From assembly GCA_964392915.1 (NCBI GenBank), contig CAYMRS010000006.1, forward strand, positions 14,756-78,755: 64,000 bases of DNA, read 5' to 3'. The DNA comes from an uncultured Nitrospiraceae bacterium. Its GTDB lineage: Bacteria; Nitrospirota; Thermodesulfovibrionia; Thermodesulfovibrionales; Dissulfurispiraceae. A program made the translations under genes and the position numbers. Numbering within the stretch: position 1 is the first letter of the stretch; every line of letters begins with the position of its first letter. The notes below the pieces were generated by a model that saw only the letters and a program-made list of their open reading frames with translations, did not search any database and was not told where the DNA came from. Below are positions 18,683 to 28,033 of this stretch, piece after piece.

Positions 18683-21600
18683 ATGCCCCCGACTCCTTAC
18701 ACAGAAGACACCCTCGTTCAGCAGACAACGGCTGAATACCTTGAACAGGTGCTCGGCTGGCGGTCGGTGTATGCCTACAACACCGAGGACTTCGGGCCGG
18801 AGAGCCTGCTGGGGCGGGCGACGGACCGCGATGTGGTGCTGACCCGCTCCCTGCGGCAGAAGCTCGAAGCGCTGAACCCCGGCCTGCCGCCCACGGCGTC
18901 TCCGGATTTTCGATTTCGACTGCCCGGAAAACAATGATTTTCTCTGTGTGCGGGAGCTCTGGATACGGGGCGACCTGTACCGCCGCCGGGCAGACATTGT
19001 CGGGTTCGTCAACGGCCTGCCGTTGCTGTTCATGGAGCTGAAGAATGTCAGCAAGGATATTCGCGCTGCGTATGAGCGCAATTTTCTTGACTACCGCGAC
19101 ACGGTGCCGCACCTGTTTCATCACAATGCGGTGGTTGTGCTGGCCAATGGGGTAGATGCGCGGCTTGGGTCGGTTACGAGCCGTTTTGAACATTTTCACG
19201 AGTGGAAGCGGCTGGCAGAGGACGAACCGGGCGTTGTGGACATGGAGACACTGCTGAAGGGGGTCTGTGCGAAAGCGAATTTTCTGGACATGGTGGAGAA
19301 CTTCATTGTTTTCGATGACTCGACCGGGGAGTTCCGGAAGATAGTGGCGAGGAATCATCAGTTTCTTGGCGTCAATCGGGCTATTGATGCGGTTCGGGAC
19401 CGGAAGTACCGTGGCGGCAAGCTTGGGGTGTTCTGGCATACGCAGGGGTCGGGCAAGAGCTATTCGATGGTGATGTTTACGCGGAAGGTGCATCGCAAGC
19501 TGGGCGGCAACTTCACGTTTCTGGTCCTGACGGATCGCGATGATCTTGATACACAGATTTACAAGACCTTTGCCGGGTGCGGTGTGGTGGACAATGACCG
19601 GGACCCCTGCCGGGCAGCGAGCGGAGAGCATCTCGCGCAACTGCTTGCCCAGCACAAGGCGCACATCTTTTCGCTGATCCAGAAATTCAACCAGAACGTT
19701 GTCGAGGGTGAAGCCTATACGCAGCGGGACGATATCATCGTGATTACTGATGAGGCCCATCGTACACAATATGGAACACTGGCGCTCAATATGCGCAACG
19801 CCCTGCCGAATGCCAGCTATATCGGTTTTACCGGAACACCGTTGTTCAAGGATGACGAGATAACCCGGCGCGTGTTCGGTGAGTATGTCTCCACCTATGA
19901 TTTCCAGCGGGCCGTGGAGGATAAAGCGACGGTACCGCTTTATTATGATGCCCGCGGAGACAAGCTTGGGGTGGCGATTGGTGATCTGAACGAGCGGATT
20001 GCCGCGAAGCTGGAAGAGCTGGAAACCGGCGCCATAGATGTTGAGCAGAGGCTGGAGCAGGAACTCAAGCGCGATTACCATATCATTACGGCGGGGAAAA
20101 GGCTGGATCAGGTGGCCCGCGATTTCGTGCAGCACTACTCAATGGCGTGGGAAACCGGCAAGGCCATGCTGGTCTGCATCGACAAGATCACCTGCGTTCG
20201 GATGCACCGGCTGATTGAGTTTTACTGGAACGAACGAATCGGTGAACTGCAGGCGCAACTTCCTACGGCCACTGATGAACAGGACGAGCAGTACCGTCTC
20301 CGGCAGATCGGGTGGATGCGACAGACGCAGATGGCGGTTGTGGTCAGCGAGGAGCAGGGCGAGGTGGAGAAGTTCCGCAAATGGGATCTGGACATTACAC
20401 CGCACCGGCGTCTGATCAAGGAGGGCATGTCACTGCCCGATGCGATGCGGCGGCAACCGCAGTTTCAGAATATGCAGCGGCTGGCGCTGGACGATGCATT
20501 CAAGGCAGAGGAGCATCCGTTTCGCATTGCCATTGTCTGCGCGATGTGGTTGACCGGCTTTGATGTCCCCAGCCTTTCGACGCTGTATTTGGACAAGCCG
20601 CTCAAGGCGCATACGCTGATGCAGGCGATTGCGCGTGCGAACCGGGTGCATGAAGGCAAGAACAACGGGATGATTGTGGATTATTGCGGTATCCTGAAGA
20701 GTCTCCGGAAAGCGTTGGCGACCTTTGCCGGAACGGGAGACGGAGGGCGCGGTGGAGAGGGCGGCGAGACTGAACCTGCCCGGCCTGATGAGGAGTTGCT
20801 GGCTGATCTTGCAGAGGCGATTGCTCTTGTGCGGTCGTTTCTTGCTGAGCGGAATGCGTCACTGGACAACATTGTCAACAATACGGGGTTCCGGAGAAAT
20901 GCGGCAATTCAAGCAGCCAAGGAGGCGGCAAATGAAAACGACGAAACGCGAAAGCGGTTTGAGATCATGTGCCGCGCGGTTTTCTCCAAGTTCAAGGCCT
21001 GCATTACGGTTGGAGGCGTCAACGACTATCGGACAGACTATGATGCGATAAACATCATTTACAAGAGCCTGATGCAGGATCGTGAGCAGGCCGATATCAG
21101 CGGGATTATCCGTCAATTGCACCAGGTCGTTGATGAGGCCATAGAGACCCGCCCAGAGTGGATAAGCGAGGATTCCGAAGCCTACGATATCAGCAAGATC
21201 GATTTTGGCCGTCTTCGCCGGGAGTTTGAACGTACCCCGTCCAAGCGCACCACGGTGCAGAATCTGAAAACAGCCATTGAGCAACGACTGCAGTGCCTGC
21301 TCCGGCAGAACCCGCTCCGTACTGATTTTCAGCGGCATTACGAAGAGATTGTTGCCGGGTACAACCGCGAGAAAGACCGGGTGACGATCGAAAAGACATT
21401 TGAAGCGCTGCTCCAGCTCCTGAACGGAATGAGTGAAGAGGAAAACCGCGCTGTTCGTGAAGGACTTGATGAAGAATCACTGGCTGTGTTTGACCTGCTG
21501 AAGAAACCGGCTCTGGAGGCCGATGAGATCAAGCGCATCAAGGTGGTTGCGGTTGATTTGCTGAAGATCGTCAAGGCCCGCATTCAGGAGATCGAGGATT

Positions 21601-21794
21601 GGGAGAGCCGCGAAGCTACCCGCGATCGCATACGGTTGACCATCCGCGATTTTTTGTGGAGCGACAAAACCGGTCTGCCCGTTGATCAATACACCGAGGA
21701 AGATGTCAGGATTCGTGCGGAAGATGTTTACCGCCATGTCTATCGGGTTTATCCAACTCTTCCGTCGCCGTATTACGATGTGCGCGTTGCATAA
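18683..21794 (+). pseudogene. hsdR: type I restriction enzyme subunit R, N-terminal region disrupted (frame change with apparent internal deletion near 18876-18900)
   Basis: ORF 18683-18937 (84 aa, MPPTPYTEDTLVQQTTAEYLEQVLGW..LNPGLP) is an HsdR N-terminus. The remainder (nuclease motif D-x13-ELK in RRADIVGFVNGLPLLFMELK, Walker A GSGKS, DEAH in VITDEAHRTQ, 948 aa from GTG 18948) lies in a different frame that is open only from 18876. Confidence 0.7.
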
Positions 21795-21892
21795 GATATC
21801 ATCGGGCACGATCACGCGTTGCTAATATAGCAAATCATCCGTATAACAAAGAACGAACATGATAGAATTCGGCATAATAAGCAAAGCAGAGA

Positions 21893-21919
21893 GAGCCGCC
21901 CGGCATGTTCGGCTTTTTT
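21893..21919 (+). terminator. possible intrinsic terminator after hsdR
   Basis: A short GC stem pairs GAGCCG with CGGCTT around an 11-nt loop, followed by TTTTTTA about 100 nt after the hsdR stop. The stem is weak. Confidence 0.35.
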
Positions 21920-22004
21920 ATCGCATGCTAAAATCGGTCATAGGGTATCCATAAGGGATTGCGATGATTTATCAAGACACTTCTTTTTCTGACTAATCGC
22001 TCGT

Positions 22005-22703
22005 ATGGCAATTGCTTCTCTTCTCGGCCTCCTCTTTCCGCAGCGCTGTCCTGTCTGCGGCAAGGAAGCGCAGTCGTCGCCCGCGCTTCCCTTATGCGGG
22101 TCCTGCTGGGCGGATATCCCTCATTACACGGGCCCGGCCTGCAGACAGTGCGGACTCCCCACGATCTCACACCACACCGATCTCTGTCAGACGTGCACAA
22201 CCGATCCGCCCCCTTTTTCTCTCATGCGTTCCTATGGCATCTACGACGGTGTGCTGAAAGAAGCGATCCATTTCCTGAAATTCAACGGCAAGCGACGACT
22301 GGCGAGACCGCTTGCCGACCTTCTGGCGGAGCTTGACCTTCCCGCTGCCGATGTGATTGTTCCGGTTCCCCTTCATGTCAATCAGCTGAGAAAGCGCGAA
22401 TTCAATCAGACGGCCCTTATCGGGAAACATCTTGCCCGGCGACTGAAGATTCCGCTCCGCATAGACATTCTGTCGAAAACACGCGTTACCGCGGCCCAGA
22501 CAGCCGTTGACCGAAAAAAACGGTTCAAAAATATTCACAAGGCATTCATCGCGTCGGACGCCGCGCGGGGACTGAAGATACTGCTTGTTGATGACGTCAT
22601 AACCACCGGAGCAACAGCACGCGAATGCGCACATTCCCTGCGGCGAGCCGGAGCCAAGGAAGTATGTGTTATCGCGCTCGCGCGTTCAATGCCGAAATAC
22701 TGA
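22005..22703 (+). CDS. comF: ComF-family protein (phosphoribosyltransferase domain)
   Basis: 232-aa ORF with N-terminal Cys pairs (CPVCG..CGSC; CRQCG..CQTC) and the PRTase motif ILLVDDVITTGATA. Confidence 0.85.
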   Translation: MAIASLLGLLFPQRCPVCGKEAQSSPALPLCGSCWADIPHYTGPACRQCGLPTISHHTDLCQTCTTDPPPFSLMRSYGIYDGVLKEAIHFLKFNGKRRLARPLADLLAELDLPAADVIVPVPLHVNQLRKREFNQTALIGKHLARRLKIPLRIDILSKTRVTAAQTAVDRKKRFKNIHKAFIASDAARGLKILLVDDVITTGATARECAHSLRRAGAKEVCVIALARSMPKY

Positions 22704-22779
22704 CATCTGCGACAGCCCACGCGGGACCGGAGAATGGCCGGTGGGATAAAACAAGGGCTGGCTGGCACACGCCGACAGC

Positions 22780-22809
22780 TTGAAAAATACGGCGCGCTAC
22801 TGGTAAAAT
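22780..22809 (+). promoter_or_regulatory. candidate sigma70 promoter for tRNA-Leu
   Basis: TTGAAA (22780-22785), an 18-nt spacer, then TAAAAT (22804-22809), about 25 nt upstream of the mature tRNA 5' end. Confidence 0.5.
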
Positions 22810-22834
22810 TTCAGCTCACTCATTCAACCGGGCA

Positions 22835-22919
22835 GCCGAAGTGGTGGAATTGGTAGACACGCACGTTTGAGGGGCGTGTGGGGCAACCTGTGCGGGTTCG
22901 AGTCCCGCCTTCGGCACCA
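22835..22919 (+). tRNA. tRNA-Leu (anticodon GAG), class II with long variable arm, CCA encoded
   Basis: Folded by hand. The acceptor pairs GCCGAAG with CTTCGGC. The anticodon stem pairs CACGT with GCGTG around the loop TTGAGGG (GAG). The variable arm is 13 nt. The T arm is GCGGG-TTCGAGT-CCCGC, with a 3' ACCA. Confidence 0.93.
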
Positions 22920-22931
22920 TCTTTTTGAATG

Positions 22932-22963
22932 AAAACCGCATCGTTCAGGTGCGGTTTTTTTTT
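22932..22963 (+). terminator. intrinsic terminator after tRNA-Leu
   Basis: The stem pairs ACCGCA with TGCGGT around a 9-nt loop, followed by a run of 9 T. Confidence 0.75.
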
Positions 22964-23029
22964 GCCCCCCATTCCTGTTAGCATACGTAACTGTAGTTAT
23001 CATTTTTCCTGTCTGTTTGGGAGGTTAGC

Positions 23030-23362
23030 ATGGAGCTTCAGATCACCATTGACGGAACTTCTGAGACAATTCATATTGCGGACGCCTACCGCCCGGATCT
23101 CGCGGGAATTTCAGCCCGTATTGCTCAATTGGCAAAGAGCAAGGACGTAAGCGTAGCGTCGCTGGATATGAGCGGATTGATTCAGGCCATGATCCGGGGG
23201 ATTTCCGGCTGTGAACGCGGCTGCCCGGCGGATGCCAAGAGCCTTATTACCAGAGGATATAGCGGGTTCGATCTCAAGTACGTCGAAGGCGGCATTCTTA
23301 CCGCGCGGTCGACAAATGGAACCCTCAAGGGGCTGACGGTCAAGATGTTCCCTGATTTTTGA
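23030..23362 (+). CDS. hypothetical small protein (110 aa) with a GCERGC motif
   Basis: GGGAGG lies 5-6 nt upstream of the ATG. The ORF is clean and I recognise no family. The only notable motif is ISGCERGCPADAK. Confidence 0.55.
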   Translation: MELQITIDGTSETIHIADAYRPDLAGISARIAQLAKSKDVSVASLDMSGLIQAMIRGISGCERGCPADAKSLITRGYSGFDLKYVEGGILTARSTNGTLKGLTVKMFPDF

Positions 23363-23568
23363 CACGATTTCTCTTCCGGCTTTTGAACGCAGAGCGCCTC
23401 GCAAGCCTTGTTCACGGGCAGCAGGAAGTGAAGTTTCTGGGGACAAGACAAGAGCGGAGTTTGTCAAAACAATAAGTCGGCGATTCCCATTTCCACAAGA
23501 GCGTTTGCCGGCGACGGTCTCTTCCCCGCCGGTTGACGCTTCCTGACCGCTGGCGGTAATCTAGAAAC

Positions 23569-24249
23569 ATGAAATTTCTTCTCTTCGACATTGACGGAAC
23601 GCTTATCAGCGCGGGAGGTTCCGGGACGCGGTCGCTCAACCTTGCGTTCCGCGACATCTTTGGTATCGATGTCGCGTTTCGCGGTTTCAACATGGGAGGC
23701 ATGACTGATCCGCTGATCGTGAAGGAAGGGCTCGCGAAACACGGCATTCCGAACAGCAACGGCATAGTTCCGCAAGTGCTGGAGTCCTATCTGAGCCACC
23801 TCCGCACTGAAATACAGACGGACAGGCGACACCTCAAGCCGGGTGTTCTTGCAGCGCTCGATGCGCTTAAAACCATGCCTCAGTATACCGTCGGTCTGCT
23901 CACCGGCAATCTTGAGTCCGGCGCCCGCATAAAGCTTGAGTCGTTCGGCATTTACGACCGCTTCCTTTGCGGCGCCTTTGGCAGCGACCACGAAGACCGA
24001 AACCTGCTGTTGCCGGTTGCCGCGCATCGGTTCCGGGAAAAGAAACAGCAGGAAATCGACTTCAGCCGCTGCATCATCATCGGCGACACCCCGCGCGATG
24101 TGGCGTGCGCCAAACCATACGGCGCTGCGTGCATAGCTGTGGCGACCGGTCCCTATAAACGCGCTGATCTTGAGGAGACCGCGGCAGACGTGGTGATGGA
24201 CAACCTCGGCGATACCGCGCAACTTCTTGATACGCTCAGCAGGCTGTAA
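23569..24249 (+). CDS. HAD-superfamily hydrolase (phosphoglycolate phosphatase-like)
   Basis: 226-aa ORF with HAD motif I (FDIDGTL), motif II (LLTGN) and motif IV (IIGDTPRDV). Confidence 0.85.
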   Translation: MKFLLFDIDGTLISAGGSGTRSLNLAFRDIFGIDVAFRGFNMGGMTDPLIVKEGLAKHGIPNSNGIVPQVLESYLSHLRTEIQTDRRHLKPGVLAALDALKTMPQYTVGLLTGNLESGARIKLESFGIYDRFLCGAFGSDHEDRNLLLPVAAHRFREKKQQEIDFSRCIIIGDTPRDVACAKPYGAACIAVATGPYKRADLEETAADVVMDNLGDTAQLLDTLSRL

Positions 24250-24257
24250 GAGCCGGC

Positions 24258-26147
24258 ATGATACCTTTCAGCTTTTGGAACAATACCATCATTTCTGATG
24301 ATCGTCCGTTCACCGTCGGCGACAGGGAAACCGCAGCTGTAATCGGCTGGGGCGGGATACGGGTGTTTGACAAGGATGTCGATCTCCTGTCGCTCTGTGT
24401 TGCATACGCGTGGGCTTTCGAGCGCTACTCCTGCGGCCAGTGCTTGCCATGCAGTCTCGGTTCGAAAAAACTGGCGGAAGGTTTTGAAGGGCTTCGGCTT
24501 CACGGGACGGCTTCCGGGGAACTCACCCGGCTCCGGACACTCGCAGATACAATCGCAAAATCATCAATGTGCCAAATCGGCCAGACAACGCCGCTTGCGC
24601 TCATCCATGTCATTGATGCATTTGGAGAGAGTCTCATGCGGTCTGCTGAACCTGCGGCGGCTCTGAGCTACTCGTCAACGCTCACGGCTCCCTGCATGCA
24701 GGCCTGCCCGATCCATCTCGACATCCCCCGCTATATTGAAGAAGTGAAGATGGGACGATTCAACAAGGCGCTTGATGTCATTTGCTCCCGCCTGCCCCTG
24801 CCGGGCGTCGTTGGCCGCGTCTGCACAAGACCATGCGAGAGCAACTGCCGCCGAACGCTGATTGATGAACCAATTCAAATCAAGCATCTGAAGCGCTTTG
24901 TGGCAGACCACGCACGCGAGCAGCTATTTTTGCCGCATTATCCGGCTGTTGACAGGAATGATATCCGAATAGCCGTCGTCGGCGCAGGACCTGCCGGCCT
25001 CACCTGCGCGCATGTTCTCGCACTCCAGGGCTATCAGGTCACCATCTTCGAAACGCTGCCCGAATCGGGGGGAATGGCCGCGGTCGGCATTCCGGACTAC
25101 CGCCTGCCGCGGGAGATCCTCCGGGGCGAGGTCGCGCAGATAGAAAAGCTTGGCGTAACCATTCAATACAATAAAACCCTCGGCTTCGATTTTGCGGTAG
25201 AAGACCTTGAGCAGCAAGGCTTCAAGGCCATCTTCCTCGCCATGGGCTGTCACTGCCACAAGAAGCTCGGCATTGAGGGCGAAGATAAAAATTATGAGGG
25301 ATTCATCCCCGGCGTTTTTTTCCTGCGGTTCGCGAATCTGGGCGAAGAAACGCCGAAGGGAAGAAAGCTGGTGGTCATAGGCGGAGGCAATGTCGCCGTT
25401 GACTCGGCCCGCATTGGGTTTCGCCTCGGCTTTGAGGAAGTGCATGTCGTGTATCGGCGCAGCCGCGCGGAGATGCCGGCCGACCACATCGAGGTGCGCG
25501 ATGCCATGGCTGAAGGCGTGCAGTTTCATTTCCTCACCGCGCCGAACCGCATTGTCGGGGAAAACGGCAGGGTGAAAGGGCTTGAGTGCTCGCGGATGGA
25601 ACTTGGGGAGCCCGACGCTTCCGGCCGCAGACGTCCGATCCCGGTGCCGGACTCCGGGTTCTTCATTGCTGCGGATGTGCTTGTTCCCACGATAGGCCAG
25701 GAATCGGACTTTGGCTGTCTTACCAGCCTGCCGGGGGTCGAAATCACCAAAAAGGGCACGGTCATTATTGATGAATTGTTTATGACGCATAAAGCCGGCA
25801 TCTTTGCGGGCGGCGACTGTGTTTCCGGGCCGGACACGGTCATCCGCGCCTGCGCGCACGGCCGCCTGAGCGGACTGCATATTCACCGCTTTCTGACAGC
25901 CGAGCCGTCAGAACCTTTTGCCGAACAGCTTGATGAAAAGTTTATGGCGCAGATGAAGCCGTTTGATCCGAAAGAGAAGATGGAGATTCCGGGCGGAGCG
26001 CCGCGTATGCCTGTACAGCATGAAGACGCGGAACTGCGGAAGCATGATTTTCGGGAAGTAGAGAAAGGATTTACGCCGGAAGAAGCCCGGAAAGAGGCGG
26101 GCCGCTGCCTGAGATGCTACCGGGTGGTTGTCGCGGCGTACCGCTGA
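24258..26147 (+). CDS. NAD(P)H-dependent iron-sulfur flavoprotein: NuoF-type SLBB/4Fe-4S N-terminal module fused to a GltD-like (glutamate synthase small subunit-like) oxidoreductase
   Basis: 629-aa ORF. It has ..YSCGQCLPC...MCQIGQ.. (NuoF Fe-S region), then ..CMQACP...GRVCTRPCE..C.. (GltD N-terminal clusters), then the dinucleotide folds VVGAGPAGL and VIGGGNVAVD. Confidence 0.8.
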   Translation: MIPFSFWNNTIISDDRPFTVGDRETAAVIGWGGIRVFDKDVDLLSLCVAYAWAFERYSCGQCLPCSLGSKKLAEGFEGLRLHGTASGELTRLRTLADTIAKSSMCQIGQTTPLALIHVIDAFGESLMRSAEPAAALSYSSTLTAPCMQACPIHLDIPRYIEEVKMGRFNKALDVICSRLPLPGVVGRVCTRPCESNCRRTLIDEPIQIKHLKRFVADHAREQLFLPHYPAVDRNDIRIAVVGAGPAGLTCAHVLALQGYQVTIFETLPESGGMAAVGIPDYRLPREILRGEVAQIEKLGVTIQYNKTLGFDFAVEDLEQQGFKAIFLAMGCHCHKKLGIEGEDKNYEGFIPGVFFLRFANLGEETPKGRKLVVIGGGNVAVDSARIGFRLGFEEVHVVYRRSRAEMPADHIEVRDAMAEGVQFHFLTAPNRIVGENGRVKGLECSRMELGEPDASGRRRPIPVPDSGFFIAADVLVPTIGQESDFGCLTSLPGVEITKKGTVIIDELFMTHKAGIFAGGDCVSGPDTVIRACAHGRLSGLHIHRFLTAEPSEPFAEQLDEKFMAQMKPFDPKEKMEIPGGAPRMPVQHEDAELRKHDFREVEKGFTPEEARKEAGRCLRCYRVVVAAYR

Positions 26148-26229
26148 CACAGAACATCGCGTCGCCTCAACATGCTCCGGTTCTGCTATACTTTTCAAGA
26201 TGCTATTTTATCCAGCGAGGACTAAACCC

Positions 26230-26619
26230 ATGAAGTTTCACACAGGTCGTTTTTCTCTGATTTTTTCGCTCATGTGCCTGCTTTTTGCCGTTGCGTGCGC
26301 ATCGTCCCAGAAGTCCATCGAGGCGCGCGGCAATGAATGGATAGCGAGGACGCTGCCTGAGCTGAAACAGGCAATGGCAAGTCCTGCTTCCTACGCCTCG
26401 AAGATTCGGTGGAAAGAGAGCACCTACCCGCTCGTGACCGGAGATTTTGTTTTTATCGAGCCGATTGAGGCAAATTGTTCCATCCACTGGAAAGTCAGGC
26501 CGTCAGGCCTTATTTTCGACTATCAGGCGGTCGGAAAAGGGTGCGGCCCTCAGTCGCAGGCCCCGGGTGCTTCCGAGTCCCTGGAAGAGCGTCTGACGAA
26601 ACCGACGCCGACATGGTGA
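26230..26619 (+). CDS. probable lipoprotein, unknown function
   Basis: The internal ATG at 26230 gives MKFHTGRFSLIFSLMCLLFAVAC.. (signal peptide plus a lipobox-like VAC). The upstream part of the ORF overlaps the preceding gene. Confidence 0.55.
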   Translation: MKFHTGRFSLIFSLMCLLFAVACASSQKSIEARGNEWIARTLPELKQAMASPASYASKIRWKESTYPLVTGDFVFIEPIEANCSIHWKVRPSGLIFDYQAVGKGCGPQSQAPGASESLEERLTKPTPTW

Positions 26620-26651
26620 GGCGGCTCGCAGACGTGAGCGTTTCCCCTGCG

Positions 26652-27047
26652 TCACGCGACATGGTTTCGTATCTCATCAATCGCTTCCAGCACGACTTCG
26701 CGCACTGACTCGTTTGCATCCTCACTGCACGATTCCAGAAAAGGAAGTGCCGTTTCATTTTTGAGCATGCCGAGCACATATGCGGCATCGCCGCGCACCG
26801 TAGGGTTCTCGAACTTCAGCAACTCGCCGAGCGCGGGAATTTCTTCAGCCAGTCGGTCCGGATGCGTCATGGACAGCTCTTCAACAAGCGCCGTCGCGCC
26901 AAGGCGGACACGCATCCGCTCATCCTGAAGCATATCCGTAATCAGCGGAAACAACTTTTCATCGGCGCGAAACATGTCGATGATGTTGTCGAGAAATCCG
27001 AGCTCCATGTGATCGAAAATCATCTGCTTTAATTCTTCGTTCGTCAT
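26652..27047 (-). CDS. HEAT-repeat domain protein
   Basis: 131-aa ORF with repeated helical units (..DERMRVRLGATALVEEL.., ..NPTVRGDAAYVLGML.., ..ESVREVVLEAIDEI..) typical of HEAT/PBS-lyase repeats. Confidence 0.65.
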   Translation of the reverse strand: MTNEELKQMIFDHMELGFLDNIIDMFRADEKLFPLITDMLQDERMRVRLGATALVEELSMTHPDRLAEEIPALGELLKFENPTVRGDAAYVLGMLKNETALPFLESCSEDANESVREVVLEAIDEIRNHVA

Positions 27048-27080
27048 ATGTTTTCCCGCTTGCCGTCAATAGGCCGACGA

Positions 27081-28025
27081 CTACCCGTGCCAGTCAACTT
27101 TCGCTTTTTTGCGGCCGAAGACATGCTTTTCCGCGGAGAGCGCCGCAAGAGCGCCCTGCGCCGAGGCCACGATGACCTGACGCGCTTCGGCGCAGGTCAC
27201 ATCTCCCGCGGCCAGCACGCCGGGAACATTTGTCTCCATGGCTGAATTGGTGATAATGCACCCTTCTTCTGACAGTTCAACCGCGCCCTGCAGGAAATCG
27301 ATTATCGGCTTGCTGCCGCTGAGGTAGACAAAAACGCCGTCCATCGCAAGCTCGCTCTCTCCGGCGGCACTTTTCATTGTGATCTTCTCGACCAGATCGC
27401 CGCCGGTAATTTCCGCAACCGTCTTGCCGAGAAGCACCTTGACATTCGGAAGGGCAAGGGCGGGGTGGTCATCATCAATCTTGAGCTTCGGCGCAGGGGA
27501 TATAAGATAGACCATTTGCGCGAACCGCGCAAGCACGCCTGCCTCCTTCACCGCCTCCTCGGAGTTCCCGAGAACGCAGACGGTTTTCCCTTTGAAGAAG
27601 GCGGCATCGCAGATGGCGCAGTAGCTCACGCCCCGCCCGAGAAACTCCTCCTCCCCCTTGATGGAAGCTTTTCGTCCCATCGAGCCGGTGGCAATGATGA
27701 CCGTCTTGCCCTGATAGGTCGCGTCCATCGTGAAGACCTGCTTCACTTCTTCATTCAGCATGACGCCGACGATTTGGGCGTCCTCCCGGTATTCCGCGCC
27801 GAAGCTGAGAGCCTGCCTGTGCATAACCTCAAGCAGTTCCTTACCGGTCAGCGGCTTGTCGAGGCCGGGGTAGTTTTCAATGAGGCTCGCATACGCGAGT
27901 GCGCCGGCAGTCTTCGATTTGTCGAGAATGATGGTCTTCATCTTGGCGCGCGATGCATACAGAGCAGCGCTCTGTCCTGCCGGTCCGCCGCCGATGATAA
28001 TCACATCGTAGAGTGGTTCAGTCAT
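27081..28025 (-). CDS. thioredoxin reductase-like flavoprotein lacking the canonical NADPH-binding motifs
   Basis: 314-aa ORF with the FAD motif DVIIIGGGPAGQSAA, a redox CxxC (CAICD) and a C-terminal GVLAAGDV. The NADPH site reads VLGNSEEAVKEA..LISPAPK, whereas canonical enzymes have GGGNSAxEEA..HRR. Confidence 0.8.
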   Translation of the reverse strand: MTEPLYDVIIIGGGPAGQSAALYASRAKMKTIILDKSKTAGALAYASLIENYPGLDKPLTGKELLEVMHRQALSFGAEYREDAQIVGVMLNEEVKQVFTMDATYQGKTVIIATGSMGRKASIKGEEEFLGRGVSYCAICDAAFFKGKTVCVLGNSEEAVKEAGVLARFAQMVYLISPAPKLKIDDDHPALALPNVKVLLGKTVAEITGGDLVEKITMKSAAGESELAMDGVFVYLSGSKPIIDFLQGAVELSEEGCIITNSAMETNVPGVLAAGDVTCAEARQVIVASAQGALAALSAEKHVFGRKKAKVDWHG

Positions 28026-28033
28026 GGTGCCTC

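Noticed and set aside
12316-22919. tRNA-Leu-targeted genomic island containing the R-M operon.
   Set aside because: There is no integrase. I saw no direct repeat of the tRNA 3' end. comF separates the operon from the tRNA, and the sampled R-M-locus line I checked by eye (around 17.7 kb) was GC-rich. It may still be an old acquisition, but the sequence alone does not show it.
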